A stretch of 64,000 nt of DNA from an uncultured bacterium (GTDB lineage: Bacteria > Methylomirabilota > Methylomirabilia > Methylomirabilales > CSP1-5): NCBI GenBank assembly GCA_964558395.1, contig CAZLDS010000006.1:18402-82401 (forward strand). Reading direction: 5' to 3'. The translations under genes were made by a program, and so were the position numbers. Below, one piece after another: positions 36,459-46,646 of this stretch. The notes under the pieces were generated by a model. That model saw only the letters and a program-made list of their open reading frames with translations, was not told the origin of the DNA and searched no databases. Within the stretch, counting starts at the first letter, position 1. Every line of letters starts with the position of its first letter.

Positions 36459-37364
36459 TCAGACTTCTCTCGTGAAAAGGGCCGCGGCGAATGCCGCGGC
36501 GGAAAAGGACTGAAGATCCCCAATGCCTTCCCCCAGCCCCACGTACCGCACTGGAAGTTGGAGTTCAGCCACAATCCCCACGACGGAGCCCCCCTTGGCC
36601 GTTCCGTCGAGTTTCGTGATGATCAGCCCAGAAATTCCGATGGCTTCATGGAACTCTCGCGCCTGCAGCGCCGCGTTGAGACCGGTCGTCCCGTCCAGGA
36701 TCAGGAGGGTTTCGTGGGGGGCACCCGGAATGTTGCGCCCTACCACGCGGCGGATTTTCTTCAGCTCCTCCATTAGATTTTTTTTCGTGTGCAGGCGACC
36801 CGCCGTGTCGATGAAGACGAGATCTACCTCCCGAGCCTGTGCCGCCTGGAGTGCATCGAAGACCACCGCAGCCGGATCACCCCCTTGCTGATGCGCGATG
36901 ACCTCTGCTCCCGCTCTTTGCCCCCAGACCTGGAGCTGTTCGATGGCGGCGGCCCGAAACGTGTCGGCAGCGGCGAGGAGGACCCGTTTCCTCTGGCGGG
37001 TTGCTCGAAAGGCGAGCTTGCCGATGGTGGTCGTCTTCCCGACCCCGTTTGCCCCGAGGACCAAAGCCACGTGGGGACGTACCTCCGGAATGGTTTCCTG
37101 GGGACCGGAAAGGATGGCGGTGATTTGGCGTTTGAGGGCCTCCAGAACCTTCTCGGGCTCACTTCCTCCGGGAGAGAGGGCATCTAAGAGCAGGCGGGTG
37201 GTCGGCATTCCCACGTCAGCGGTAATCAGGATCTCCTCCAGTTCCTCGCGGAGATTCGCGTCCACGCGGGGGCGGGTCAGGAGCCGCGTTATCCGGTCGA
37301 AAAATGTCTCTCGAGTCTTCTGGAGCCCGGTGCCGAGAAGAGAGAAGGGGATGGGGTCTACCAT
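36459..37364 (-). CDS. ftsY: signal recognition particle receptor FtsY (short form, NG domain only)
   Basis: 301 aa. GANGVGKTTTIGKLA, DTAGR, TKLDGTAKGG. Confidence 0.9.
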   Translation of the reverse strand: MVDPIPFSLLGTGLQKTRETFFDRITRLLTRPRVDANLREELEEILITADVGMPTTRLLLDALSPGGSEPEKVLEALKRQITAILSGPQETIPEVRPHVALVLGANGVGKTTTIGKLAFRATRQRKRVLLAAADTFRAAAIEQLQVWGQRAGAEVIAHQQGGDPAAVVFDALQAAQAREVDLVFIDTAGRLHTKKNLMEELKKIRRVVGRNIPGAPHETLLILDGTTGLNAALQAREFHEAIGISGLIITKLDGTAKGGSVVGIVAELQLPVRYVGLGEGIGDLQSFSAAAFAAALFTREV

Positions 37365-37385
37365 CGTCCGATTGCGCAGTCGCGA

Positions 37386-40300
37386 TCAGGAAGCGGTTGT
37401 GGTGGCCGCTTGCTCTACCTGTTGGCCGAACCGAACCGAGATCATACGCGAGACGCCCGGCTCCTCCATCGTGACTCCGTAGAGCAGATCGGCCATTTCG
37501 ATGGTCCGAGGATGGTGCGTGACCAGAATGAACTGGGAGGTGGTGGCGAGCTCGCGGAGCAAAGAGGAAAAACGATCGACGTTGATATCGTCCAGGGCCG
37601 CATCGACCTCGTCGAGTACGACAAACGGGCTCGGTCTTGTGGCCCACAGCGCCATGAGGAGTGAGATGGCCCCGAGAGTTTTCTCACCGCCGGAGAGGAG
37701 TGACAGCGTGGTGGTCCGCTTTCCCGGAATCCGCACGCGGATCTCGACTCCGGGCTCTTCGGTGTCTCCTCCCTCGGTCGGCACAAGCTCTGCCTCACCG
37801 CCACCAAAGAGGCGCTGCCAAAAGCGGTTCAACTGCTCGTTGACGGCAGTGAGGGTTTCAGCGAAGAGGGTTTTGATCGTCCGGTTGATCTCGGCAATTG
37901 TGGCCCTCAGCGAGGTGACAGAAGCCTTGAGATCTTCCGCCTGATCCGTCAGGAAGCGATACCGCTCCGAGAGGGCTTCGTACTCCTCGAGCGCCGCCAT
38001 ATTGATCGGACCCATCGTTGCGATCTTTTGGCGAATCTCTTCGCTTTCGTGCGCGAGCACCTCGGGGGCCTGGGAGGGATCTTCCCCGTCCAGCGCCTCC
38101 GGGAGTCTGTCGCTGTCGGGAAACTCCTCCTGCAACCGCTTCTGCAGTAACGCACGTTCTGTGTTGAGCGTGGCCTGCCTCGTGGTGGCCGAAGCCTGCT
38201 GCTGCTGAATGTCGGTGAGCTCTTTTCTGCTCGCCTTGAGAGCCTCCTCTCGGGCGAGGACGCTTTGCCGGAGGTCATCCCGCTCTCGGTGAAGTTTCTG
38301 GACCGCCTGGGCCTCCTGGGTCTCTTGCTGACTTATGGCTCCAAGGGAGTCGTGGAGACCAGCGATCTCTTGGTTGAGCTTCGCTTCTCGGGAGCGTCCC
38401 TCTGCTGTCTCCTGGCGAATCTCCGCCTCGCGGATGCGCTCTCTCGCTCTATCAGCCTCTAGGCGCTCTATGGAGCGCGTTAAGGCCTCCCTTCGTTCCT
38501 GGAGGGAGGTCGATCGGATCCGGAGCTCCGCGACTTCTCCGTGAAGCTCCTGCTGCCGGGCCCGGAGCAGGCTCACCTGGCGGTCACACCCGGCGGCCTC
38601 TTCCCTGAGGGTATCCTCCTCCCGACCCCATATCTCCACGTCGCTCTGCGCGCTCTTGAGCGCCACCCCTAGTTCGTCGAGTTCCTGTTCGACGCGCGCC
38701 CGCTCAGCGGTGAGGAATGTGACATGGGTGCCGATCCGGGAGGCCACGGTGTGTACCTCGGCGAGAGAACGCTCGATCTCATGGCAAGCCGCTTCTGTCT
38801 CCTTGAGGGTATGCTCTTGCACGGTTAAGGCCTGTCGACGGTCGGCGAGTATCTCCTGAAGTCTCTCCCATTCGGTGTCGACCTCCTGAAGCTGTTCGGT
38901 TGTCCGAGCAATGACCTGAGGAAACTCCTCAAGTTCCCTCCGTCGACTCAGCAAGCTGAGAGAGGTGGTATTTCCCCCTTGGATGGGGCCGCGGGAGCTA
39001 AGGACGGTGCCAGAGGCAGTGGCCACGCGGATCGGAGACGGGATCCGCTCAAGGAGGACCAGGGCGGTCGGGAGATCTTGGACGATCAGGGCATCCTCCA
39101 AGAGGGCATGAAGCAACGGTTGGAGGTCCTTGGGTGCCTTCACAAGTCGCACAGCTGGACCGACGATCCGCTCGGCGACCTTGGGGTCGAGCGAGGCTTG
39201 CACCGCGTGCAACGCCTCATCAAGCGAAGATACCTTTCGATCTCCGGCAAGCCATGCCCGCTTGCGAGGCAGCAGGGTGGCCCATCCAGTCCCGCCCTGC
39301 TCTAGACAGTGGATCAGGGAAAGAGCATCGGCGGCGGTCGGGGTGAGAAGTCCCTGCTGGAGGTCGCCAAGAAGGGCTTCGACTGCCTTCTCCCAGGTCG
39401 CCTCAACCCGAATCAGGCTAGAGAGAGGACCTTCGATTGCCTGACAGGCTGCCACCCCAGCCGCCTTGCCGTTGAGAAGGAACTGCTGCCCTTCATTGAG
39501 GCCTGCCAGACTTGCCTCGAGTTCTCGCAGGGAGTCAAGACGACTCTCGAGCCCACTCAGTTCTGCACGCAGCGCCGTTCGCCGGTCGGCCAGCGTTTCT
39601 TGGCGGCCCTGCAGCGCGGTGAGTTCCTCAGCGATGGTGTCCCGTTCCTCGTCGAGATTCTTCATCTTGAATTGCAGTTCTTGTAAGCGGTCCGTCAGTT
39701 CCCGTCCGCGGGTTCCGACGGCTTCCGATTCTGTCCAGGACGCGGTGAGCTGGCGATTGAGGGTCTCCCGCTCTTGCTCAAGGAGCCGATGTCGTTCCAT
39801 CAGAGAGGCCACCTCATTCCGGCGGCTTACCAGTCGCTCGGTGAGGCCCAGGATCTCTTGCTTCTGTTGCTGAAGGAGTTCCTCACTTTGCCGGAGTTCC
39901 CCCTCCAGGCTTATCACAGCTTCATTGGCGTCCCGAAGCCGCCGGGAGACCTCAGCGAGTTCCTCACCGGTCAGATCCCGCATCTTCGTATCGGCGTCGC
40001 AGTCTTGCTGGAGGCGATCGAGCCGGTCCGCGGTTACGGTCAGCTCTTGTTCTTGTTCTTCATTACGCCGCCGCAGGTCGTGGAGCTGGCTCTCCCGAGA
40101 GCGCACCTCGGTCTCCTCACGCTCCCGTTGGCTTCGCAACGTATACAGAAGCTCTTGGGCCGCCGTGATCCGTTTCTCCAGGTCCAGGTCCTGAAGGCGG
40201 CCGGTCTCCAAGGCAGTTTCTTCTTTTGAAACACGGAGCTGGCAGATTTCGTAAGCCTCCGTGATTTGCCTTGCCTGGTCGGTGACTCGATGGAGTTCCT

Positions 40301-41015
40301 CCTGGAGACGGCCGTCTTCCTGAAGGAGGAGCAGCGCCTGGATCTCTTTCAATCGGCGGGTCAGACGCTGGTAGCGTTCCGCCTTCTTGGCCTGGCGATG
40401 GAGGGAGTTGCGTTGCCGCTCGATCTCGGCGAGGACATCCCTGACCCTGAGCAGATTATGCTCCGCAGCTTGGAGCCGCGACAGGGCGGTATTTCGATTC
40501 ACCTTGTACGACATGATCCCTGCCGCCTCCTCCAGGAGGGCCCGGCGGTCGGCGGGTTTTGAATTCAACAGGGATCCGACCCTCCCTTGCTCGATCAGCG
40601 CGTAGGGCTCTCGGCCAAGCCCGGTATCGAGGAAGAGGCGGGTGATGTCCTTGAGGCGACAGGGGGTATGATTCAGGAGATACTCGCTCTCGCCAGATCG
40701 GTAGAGGCGGCGGGTAATAGTCACTTCCTCATAGGGGACCGCCAGTTGGCCGTTAACATCCGAGAGGGTGAGGGAGACTTCAGCCATACCCACCCCTTTC
40801 CGATGGGTGTTTCCCGCGAAGATCATGTCTTCCATACGGTCGCCTCGGAGGGCCTTCGCGCTCTGCTCCCCCAACACCCACCGGATGGCGTCGAGGATAT
40901 TGCTCTTGCCGCAGCCGTTGGGGCCCACAACGGCGGTCATCCCTGGTTGGAAGTCGATATGTAACCGATCAATGAAGGACTTAAACCCGAAGAGGGTCAG
41001 ATTGCTGAGGTACAT
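37386..41015 (-). CDS. smc: chromosome partition protein Smc
   Basis: 1209 aa. Walker A GPNGCGKSNILDAI, long coiled coils, hinge region, signature LSGGEKTL, Walker B FVVLDEVDAALD. Confidence 0.92.
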   Translation of the reverse strand: MYLSNLTLFGFKSFIDRLHIDFQPGMTAVVGPNGCGKSNILDAIRWVLGEQSAKALRGDRMEDMIFAGNTHRKGVGMAEVSLTLSDVNGQLAVPYEEVTITRRLYRSGESEYLLNHTPCRLKDITRLFLDTGLGREPYALIEQGRVGSLLNSKPADRRALLEEAAGIMSYKVNRNTALSRLQAAEHNLLRVRDVLAEIERQRNSLHRQAKKAERYQRLTRRLKEIQALLLLQEDGRLQEELHRVTDQARQITEAYEICQLRVSKEETALETGRLQDLDLEKRITAAQELLYTLRSQREREETEVRSRESQLHDLRRRNEEQEQELTVTADRLDRLQQDCDADTKMRDLTGEELAEVSRRLRDANEAVISLEGELRQSEELLQQQKQEILGLTERLVSRRNEVASLMERHRLLEQERETLNRQLTASWTESEAVGTRGRELTDRLQELQFKMKNLDEERDTIAEELTALQGRQETLADRRTALRAELSGLESRLDSLRELEASLAGLNEGQQFLLNGKAAGVAACQAIEGPLSSLIRVEATWEKAVEALLGDLQQGLLTPTAADALSLIHCLEQGGTGWATLLPRKRAWLAGDRKVSSLDEALHAVQASLDPKVAERIVGPAVRLVKAPKDLQPLLHALLEDALIVQDLPTALVLLERIPSPIRVATASGTVLSSRGPIQGGNTTSLSLLSRRRELEEFPQVIARTTEQLQEVDTEWERLQEILADRRQALTVQEHTLKETEAACHEIERSLAEVHTVASRIGTHVTFLTAERARVEQELDELGVALKSAQSDVEIWGREEDTLREEAAGCDRQVSLLRARQQELHGEVAELRIRSTSLQERREALTRSIERLEADRARERIREAEIRQETAEGRSREAKLNQEIAGLHDSLGAISQQETQEAQAVQKLHRERDDLRQSVLAREEALKASRKELTDIQQQQASATTRQATLNTERALLQKRLQEEFPDSDRLPEALDGEDPSQAPEVLAHESEEIRQKIATMGPINMAALEEYEALSERYRFLTDQAEDLKASVTSLRATIAEINRTIKTLFAETLTAVNEQLNRFWQRLFGGGEAELVPTEGGDTEEPGVEIRVRIPGKRTTTLSLLSGGEKTLGAISLLMALWATRPSPFVVLDEVDAALDDINVDRFSSLLRELATTSQFILVTHHPRTIEMADLLYGVTMEEPGVSRMISVRFGQQVEQAATTTAS

Positions 41016-41115
41016 GTATCTCCTCTGAGTTCGAGCCCCGATGTCCAGACGGAAAGTCCTTTAGACATAATAAGTTGGAGGCTGGACTTCGGGCAAACCT
41101 TTACAAATTGTGGGG

Positions 41116-41144
41116 AGGCTACCATAGGGCAAAACCCCTGTCAA
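41116..41144 (-). promoter_or_regulatory. sigma70-like promoter for smc-ftsY (minus strand)
   Basis: On the minus strand: TTGACA (41144-41139), 17-bp spacer, TAGCCT (41121-41116) preceded by TGG. Confidence 0.5.
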
Positions 41145-41167
41145 GGGAAATCCGCAAAATAGTGTGG

Positions 41168-41947
41168 TTACGCCCGAGAGGAACTCAAAATGTTGTGGTT
41201 GTCCTCCCAGTAGGCGAGGGCAACCCGGGCTGCGGCCTGTTCGGCGGCACGTCGGCTTTCTCCCTCGGCCCGTCCGAGTATCTCTCCTTTTACCATCACT
41301 TCTACCTCGAACCGCCGCGCATGAGCGGGGCCCCACTGCTGGACGAGACGGTAACGTGGGGACGCCTTGAGCGCCCCCTGGAGCAGATTTTGAAGTTGAG
41401 ATTTTGGATCAAGCGATACGTCAGGGTCGAACAGCGGCGCGAGATGTCGCTCGAGAAACTTCGTCACAGAACCGAGGTCGCGATCGAGAAAAAGAGCGGC
41501 GACGACCGCCTCAAAACTTTCCGCAAGGAGCGCAGGCCGCCCCCGACCGCCCGGCTCCACGCTCTTTCCCAACCGCAGCATGGTGTAGAAGCCCAGTCGA
41601 GTTGCGGCCTCGGCTAACGTCGTGCGATTGACCATGCTGGCGCGCAGGCGAGTGAGTCCGCCGGGGGAAAAATTGGGGTACCTGTGATACATATGCAGGC
41701 TCATGAGGAGGGTGAGGATTGCGTCACCCAAAAAGGCCAATCGTTCAAACGCCTGCTCCTCTCCTCCAGCCGAAGGGTGCGTGAGCGCTGCCCGAAGCAG
41801 GGCCCGGTTGCGGAAGCGATGGCCGAGCTTCTGCTCACTCTCCCTGAGCCACGCATCCTTCTCTGGCACTTTCCTGCGCTGCCGCACGGGCGTTGTGTCC
41901 TCCTGAGGAGCAAAATTCGTTCCATGTGGTCGAATGATGTATCTCAT
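41168..41947 (-). CDS. rnc: ribonuclease III
   Basis: 259 aa. LGHRFRNRALLRAALTHPS, ERLAFLGDAIL catalytic motif, C-terminal dsRBD. About 35-aa N-terminal extension. Confidence 0.85.
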   Translation of the reverse strand: MRYIIRPHGTNFAPQEDTTPVRQRRKVPEKDAWLRESEQKLGHRFRNRALLRAALTHPSAGGEEQAFERLAFLGDAILTLLMSLHMYHRYPNFSPGGLTRLRASMVNRTTLAEAATRLGFYTMLRLGKSVEPGGRGRPALLAESFEAVVAALFLDRDLGSVTKFLERHLAPLFDPDVSLDPKSQLQNLLQGALKASPRYRLVQQWGPAHARRFEVEVMVKGEILGRAEGESRRAAEQAAARVALAYWEDNHNILSSSRA

Positions 41948-42018
41948 AGTATACGACCTCTCGTGCTGGGGACAGGAGACATTTATGTGGGCACACGGCG
42001 CGAGACGACTTGGGGGAC

Positions 42019-42047
42019 TTGACAGAGAAGAAGGGCGCGGGTAGCAT
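42019..42047 (+). promoter_or_regulatory. sigma70-like promoter for trxA
   Basis: TTGACA (42019-42024), 17-bp spacer, TAGCAT (42042-42047). trxA SD AAGGGGAGGA lies downstream. Confidence 0.55.
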
Positions 42048-42087
42048 GAAATATCCTGAAACCTGAATACCGACGCAAGGGGAGGAC

Positions 42088-42420
42088 ATGGCTGCGGAGC
42101 ACATTGTCCAGGTGAGCGATGCCGATTTCGATCAAAAGGTCATCAACGGCCAGGGACTGACCATCGTGGATTTCTGGGCAGAGTGGTGCGCTCCCTGCCG
42201 CGTGATTGCGCCTATCCTGGAAGAGTTGGCCCAGGAATATGCGGGAAAGGTGACGGTCGCCAAGCTCAATGTGGATGAGAATCCTCAGGCGGCGGCCCGT
42301 TTTGGCATTCGGAGTATCCCCACGCTCCTCTTCTTCAAGGGGGGGGAGCGGGTAGATCAGGTGATTGGGGCGGTTCCCCGGGGTGTTATCCAATCCAAGC
42401 TCGGTCCCTACCTCGACTAG
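42088..42420 (+). CDS. trxA: thioredoxin
   Basis: 110 aa. DFWAEWCAPCR (WCxPC active site), GIRSIPTLLFFKGG. Confidence 0.9.
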   Translation: MAAEHIVQVSDADFDQKVINGQGLTIVDFWAEWCAPCRVIAPILEELAQEYAGKVTVAKLNVDENPQAAARFGIRSIPTLLFFKGGERVDQVIGAVPRGVIQSKLGPYLD

Positions 42421-42525
42421 GACCCCCTTCCTCAGGTGAGTCGCAGACCGGCCTGCCGCGTTCGCGCTTCTCCCTGGTTTCGGTATACACTCCCGTCACT
42501 CCCCTGAAAGGTCAGACGAGGTTCC

Positions 42526-42554
42526 TTGACCTTCTCGTTTGTTCATGCTAGGTT
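42526..42554 (+). promoter_or_regulatory. sigma70-like promoter for the trp operon
   Basis: TTGACC (42526-42531), 17-bp spacer, TAGGTT (42549-42554) with TGC immediately upstream (extended -10-like). Confidence 0.45.
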
Positions 42555-42580
42555 ATCGTCTCTATTTCTAGAGGTCTTTC

Positions 42581-44086
42581 ATGTATTACCCGTCCCGTGA
42601 AGTGTTTAAAGCGAAGACCCGTCTCGGGAACCTGATCCCTGTCTACCGCGAAGTGCTGGCCGATACCGAGACGGCGGTCTCGGCCTTCTTGAAGATTGGG
42701 GGAGGGGACTACGCCTTTCTGCTGGAAAGCGTTCAGGGAGGGGAGAAATGGGCCCGCTACAGCTTCTTGGGGCGCAATCCTTCATTGGTAATCCGGACCA
42801 AGGGAAGGGAGGCCGAGCTCTTCCGATCGGGCGCACCGCCGGAACGACGCCGAATTACCGATCCCCTGCACGTAGTCAGGGAAGCGCTCAGTGTATATCG
42901 ACCGGTGAAAGTAGAGGGCTTGCCGCGCTTTTTTGGCGGCATGGTCGGGTACTTGTCCTATGACGCTGTCCGCTTTTTCGAGACCTTGCCAAACCAGACC
43001 GAGGACGATCTCGGACTGCCCGACGCCGTGTTTCTGCTCACCGATACGCTGCTCATTTTTGACAACCTGAGCCAGCGGATCCAGGTGGTCTCCAATGCTT
43101 TTGTCCCTGACACGACCGAACGCGCAATGAAGGCCGCCTATGATCTTGCTGTGTCAAAGATCGAGGCCGTCGTCGCCGAGCTGTACAAGCCGTTGGATCC
43201 ACCGGGGGTCGCTCCACTCCCCTCCTGCCCGTCCGAGGTGAAGTCAACCTTTTCTCGTGAGGGGTTCTGTCGAGCGGTCCTGGCGTGTAAGGACTATGTG
43301 GCAGCGGGTGATATTATCCAAGCAGTGCTTTCGCAGCGGCTCGAGCTCAAGACGGGCGCCGATCCCTTTAATGTATACCGAGCCCTCAGGATCATTAACC
43401 CATCCCCGTATATGTTTTTCCTTCGGTTGGGAGATCTCTCGCTGGCTGGGAGTTCTCCGGAGGTCCTGGTACGATTAGAAGAAGGACAGATCGACCTCCG
43501 GCCTATCGCCGGCACCAGGCCCCGGGGCCGAAATGAGATAGAAGACCGCGCGCTCGCAATGGAACTCTTGGATGACCCGAAGGAGCGGGCCGAGCACATC
43601 ATGCTTGTCGATCTCGGTCGGAATGATGTCGGGCGGGTCGCCACGCCGGGGAGTGTAGAAGTGAATGAGCTCATGGTGATCGAGCGTTACTCACACGTGA
43701 TGCACATCGTCTCGAATGTGCGGGGACGACTTCAGGAAGGACGAGACGCCTTTGATCTCCTCCGGGCGACGTTCCCGGCTGGGACCGTCAGTGGGGCGCC
43801 GAAGATCCGGGCGATGGAGATTATCGAAGAGTTGGAACCGGCCAAGCGCGGTCCATATGCGGGAGCGATCGGCTACGTCAGCTTCTCGGGCAATATGGAC
43901 ACGTGCATCACCATTCGAACCATTCTGTTCGCCAAGGAGCGGGCCTGGGTGCAGGTGGGAGCGGGGATCGTAGTGGACTCGGACCCCGACCGAGAGTATC
44001 AGGAAACCCTGAGCAAGGCGGCAGCCATGCTCCGGGCCATCGAAATAACCGCGAGGGGCCTCGAAAAGTTGCCGATTCGCCCATGA
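42581..44086 (+). CDS. trpE: anthranilate synthase component I
   Basis: 501 aa. [47 protein letters not shown]. Confidence 0.92.
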   Translation: MYYPSREVFKAKTRLGNLIPVYREVLADTETAVSAFLKIGGGDYAFLLESVQGGEKWARYSFLGRNPSLVIRTKGREAELFRSGAPPERRRITDPLHVVREALSVYRPVKVEGLPRFFGGMVGYLSYDAVRFFETLPNQTEDDLGLPDAVFLLTDTLLIFDNLSQRIQVVSNAFVPDTTERAMKAAYDLAVSKIEAVVAELYKPLDPPGVAPLPSCPSEVKSTFSREGFCRAVLACKDYVAAGDIIQAVLSQRLELKTGADPFNVYRALRIINPSPYMFFLRLGDLSLAGSSPEVLVRLEEGQIDLRPIAGTRPRGRNEIEDRALAMELLDDPKERAEHIMLVDLGRNDVGRVATPGSVEVNELMVIERYSHVMHIVSNVRGRLQEGRDAFDLLRATFPAGTVSGAPKIRAMEIIEELEPAKRGPYAGAIGYVSFSGNMDTCITIRTILFAKERAWVQVGAGIVVDSDPDREYQETLSKAAAMLRAIEITARGLEKLPIRP

Positions 44087-44100
44087 CCGGCCGGCAACCA

Positions 44101-44134
44101 ATTTCGAAATTCGAATTTCGAAATTCGAAATTTT
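44101..44134. repeat. AT-rich tandem heptad TTCGAAW x4 forming overlapping perfect 16-bp palindromes (trpE-trpG spacer)
   Basis: TTCGAA at 44103, 44110, 44117 and 44124. CGAAATTCGAATTTCG (44105-44120) and CGAATTTCGAAATTCG (44112-44127) each equal their own reverse complement. Confidence 0.9.
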
Positions 44135-44158
44135 GAGTCCCGTGAATGGTGAATTACG

Positions 44159-44722
44159 ATGGTGCTGGTCATCGACAATTACGACTCTTTTACCTACAAC
44201 CTTGTCCAATACCTCGCGGAGCTCGGCGAAGAGGTCCAGGTGGCGCGAAATGACAAGATTACGCTGGGAGAGGTGGAAACCTTGGAACCGGCGCGGATTG
44301 TCATTTCGCCGGGCCCGTGCACACCCAGAGAAGCAGGGATCTCGTGTGATCTGATCTCCCAGTTCGCTGGTGGCATTCCCATTTTGGGGGTCTGTCTGGG
44401 GCACCAGTGTATCGGAGCCGCGTTCGGCGGGAGGATTGTTCGAGCCGGACGGCTCATGCATGGGAAAACGTCACTGATCCAGCATGACGGCCACACCCTC
44501 TTTCGAGATTTGCCGAATCCTTTTGAGGCAACTCGCTATCACAGTCTCTTGGTCGAGCGAGAGAGTTTGCCCGCCTGTCTCGAGGTATCGGCACAGACGG
44601 ACGATGGAGAAATCATGGGTCTCCGGCACCGGGACTATGCGGTGGAAGGCGTCCAGTTTCACCCGGAGTCGATTCTGACCGTGGTGGGGAAGGACCTTCT
44701 GAGGAATTTCCTCACACAATAA
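44159..44722 (+). CDS. trpG: anthranilate synthase component II (glutamine amidotransferase)
   Basis: 187 aa. [21 protein letters not shown] (catalytic Cys), GVQFHPES. Confidence 0.92.
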   Translation: MVLVIDNYDSFTYNLVQYLAELGEEVQVARNDKITLGEVETLEPARIVISPGPCTPREAGISCDLISQFAGGIPILGVCLGHQCIGAAFGGRIVRAGRLMHGKTSLIQHDGHTLFRDLPNPFEATRYHSLLVERESLPACLEVSAQTDDGEIMGLRHRDYAVEGVQFHPESILTVVGKDLLRNFLTQ

Positions 44723-44778
44723 CACCATCGCTGTCAGTATGCGCAGTGGCTCTTGAGGACAAATGAGGAGGGGAACGG

Positions 44779-45813
44779 GTGATCGTCGAGGCCCTTTCCA
44801 AGGTGGTCGAAGGGCAGGATCTCAGTCGGCAAGAAGCGTCGCGAGTCATGGAAATTCTCATGTCTGGCCAGGCCACCGATGCGCAAATCGGGGCCTTTCT
44901 AACCGCCATGCGGCTGAAAGGCGAAACGGTGGAAGAGCTGTGTGGCTTTGCCACGGTCATGCGGGAGAAGGCAGCCGTCGTTCCCACCCAGCATGCGCTG
45001 ATTTCCCGCCCCGGACAAAGCATGCTGGTGGATACGTGCGGGACGGGGGGAGATGCGCAGGGGACCTTTAATATCTCCACGGCAGCCGCGTTTGTGGTGG
45101 CGGGGGCGGGCGTTCCGGTGGCGAAACATGGTAACCGTTCTGCGTCCGGAATGTGCGGCAGCGCAGACGTCATCGAGGCGCTCGGGATTCCTCTCGATCT
45201 CCCCCCTGAGCGGGTGGGCCGGTGCATCGACGAAGTCGGGATCGGTTTTCTCTTCGCGCCCCTCCTTCATCCGGCGATGATGCACGTGGCTCCGGCCCGT
45301 CGCCAGATCCGACTCCGGACACTCTTCAATCTGCTGGGTCCTCTGGTCAACCCTGCGCGCGCTTCGGCCCAGGTGATCGGGGTGTATGATGGGGCCTTGA
45401 CCGAAGTCTTGGCCCGCGCCTTAAACCGGTTGGGATGCCATCGCGCCTTTGTCGTGCATGGCATGGATGGCCTCGATGAGATCTCTACGATCGGCGAGAC
45501 GAAGATCTCGGAGGTTCGCGAGGGAAACGTACGCACCTATTTTGCTCACCCAGAGGATTTCGGCGTGTCCCAAACGACCTTAACTGAGTTGAAGGGGGGC
45601 GACGCGGTCGCCAATGCCGAGATGATCCGGCAGATCCTTCAGGGGACCAAGGGTCCGCCGCGGGACATCGTGCTGGTAAACGCGAGTGCCGCCATAGTGG
45701 CCAGCAAAGGCGCCCAACATATCCAGGATGCAATGGCGGCGGCGGAGCGCTCGATCGAGAGCGGGACGGCATGGGAAAAATTGGAGAAGGTGCTGGCCTG
45801 GTGTAAACAATAG
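44779..45813 (+). CDS. trpD: anthranilate phosphoribosyltransferase
   Basis: 344 aa. DTCGTGGDAQGTFNISTAAAFV, VAKHGNRS, LLGPLVNPA. Confidence 0.92.
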   Translation: MIVEALSKVVEGQDLSRQEASRVMEILMSGQATDAQIGAFLTAMRLKGETVEELCGFATVMREKAAVVPTQHALISRPGQSMLVDTCGTGGDAQGTFNISTAAAFVVAGAGVPVAKHGNRSASGMCGSADVIEALGIPLDLPPERVGRCIDEVGIGFLFAPLLHPAMMHVAPARRQIRLRTLFNLLGPLVNPARASAQVIGVYDGALTEVLARALNRLGCHRAFVVHGMDGLDEISTIGETKISEVREGNVRTYFAHPEDFGVSQTTLTELKGGDAVANAEMIRQILQGTKGPPRDIVLVNASAAIVASKGAQHIQDAMAAAERSIESGTAWEKLEKVLAWCKQ

Positions 45814-45854
45814 GGAGTCATCGTCGGCGGCCCGCGGTGAACTGAAGGCGAAAA

Positions 45855-46646
45855 ATGATCTTGGACAAAATCGTGCAGACGAAGCGAGAGGAAGTCACTG
45901 CCCGGAAAATGGGAGTTCCCCTTCGAGACCTGAAGGCTCGAATTCGAGATCTGCCATCCCCGCGAGACTTCCACCGAGCCCTAGACCGTCGGTGGCACGG
46001 GGGAAGAATTCGGCTCATTGCTGAGGTGAAGCGGGCATCTCCTTCGCAAGGAGTGATCCGGGAGCCATTCGACCTCGACCAGGTGACCCACGCCTACGTC
46101 GCGGCAGGAGCGGCGGCGATTTCGGTTCTGACCGATAAACCTTTTTTTCAAGGGAGCCTTGATGACCTGGCTCGGGTGCAGGCGAGCGTCTCGGTTCCGG
46201 TCCTCCGAAAGGACTTCATTGTTGATCCCTATCAAGTGTACGAGACGCGGGCATCCGGGGGCGATGCGGTCCTCCTGATTATTGCTGCCTTGGAGAGGCA
46301 ATTCTTGCAGGACCTCCTGGCACTCTCACACGAGGTAGGCCTGTATCCCCTGACAGAGGTCCACACCCGAGAAGAGCTGCAGACAGCCCTCGGTGTGAAA
46401 GCTCCCATCGTGGGGATAAACAACCGGGATCTGAAAAGTTTCCAGGTGTCCCTGGAAACGACGTTTTCCTTGCTTGCAGAGATTCCACCAGAGCGGATCG
46501 TGGTCAGTGAAAGCGGAATAACCGATCGCGCAGAGGTTGCCCGTCTGGAGGCGGCCGGGGTGGATGCCATTCTGGTGGGAGAGGGGCTGCTTCGGGCTCA
46601 GGACGTGGAACAAAAGGTCCGAGACCTCTTTGGGGATGGGGCATGA
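45855..46646 (+). CDS. trpC: indole-3-glycerol phosphate synthase
   Basis: 263 aa. LIAEVKRASPSQG, LRKDFIVDPYQV, INNRDL. Confidence 0.92.
   Translation: MILDKIVQTKREEVTARKMGVPLRDLKARIRDLPSPRDFHRALDRRWHGGRIRLIAEVKRASPSQGVIREPFDLDQVTHAYVAAGAAAISVLTDKPFFQGSLDDLARVQASVSVPVLRKDFIVDPYQVYETRASGGDAVLLIIAALERQFLQDLLALSHEVGLYPLTEVHTREELQTALGVKAPIVGINNRDLKSFQVSLETTFSLLAEIPPERIVVSESGITDRAEVARLEAAGVDAILVGEGLLRAQDVEQKVRDLFGDGA

Noticed and set aside
42421-42580. Trp leader peptide, attenuator or T-box upstream of trpE.
   Set aside because: There are no tandem TGG codons, no short SD-preceded leader ORF, no terminator/antiterminator pair and no T-box sequence. Only a plausible promoter was found.
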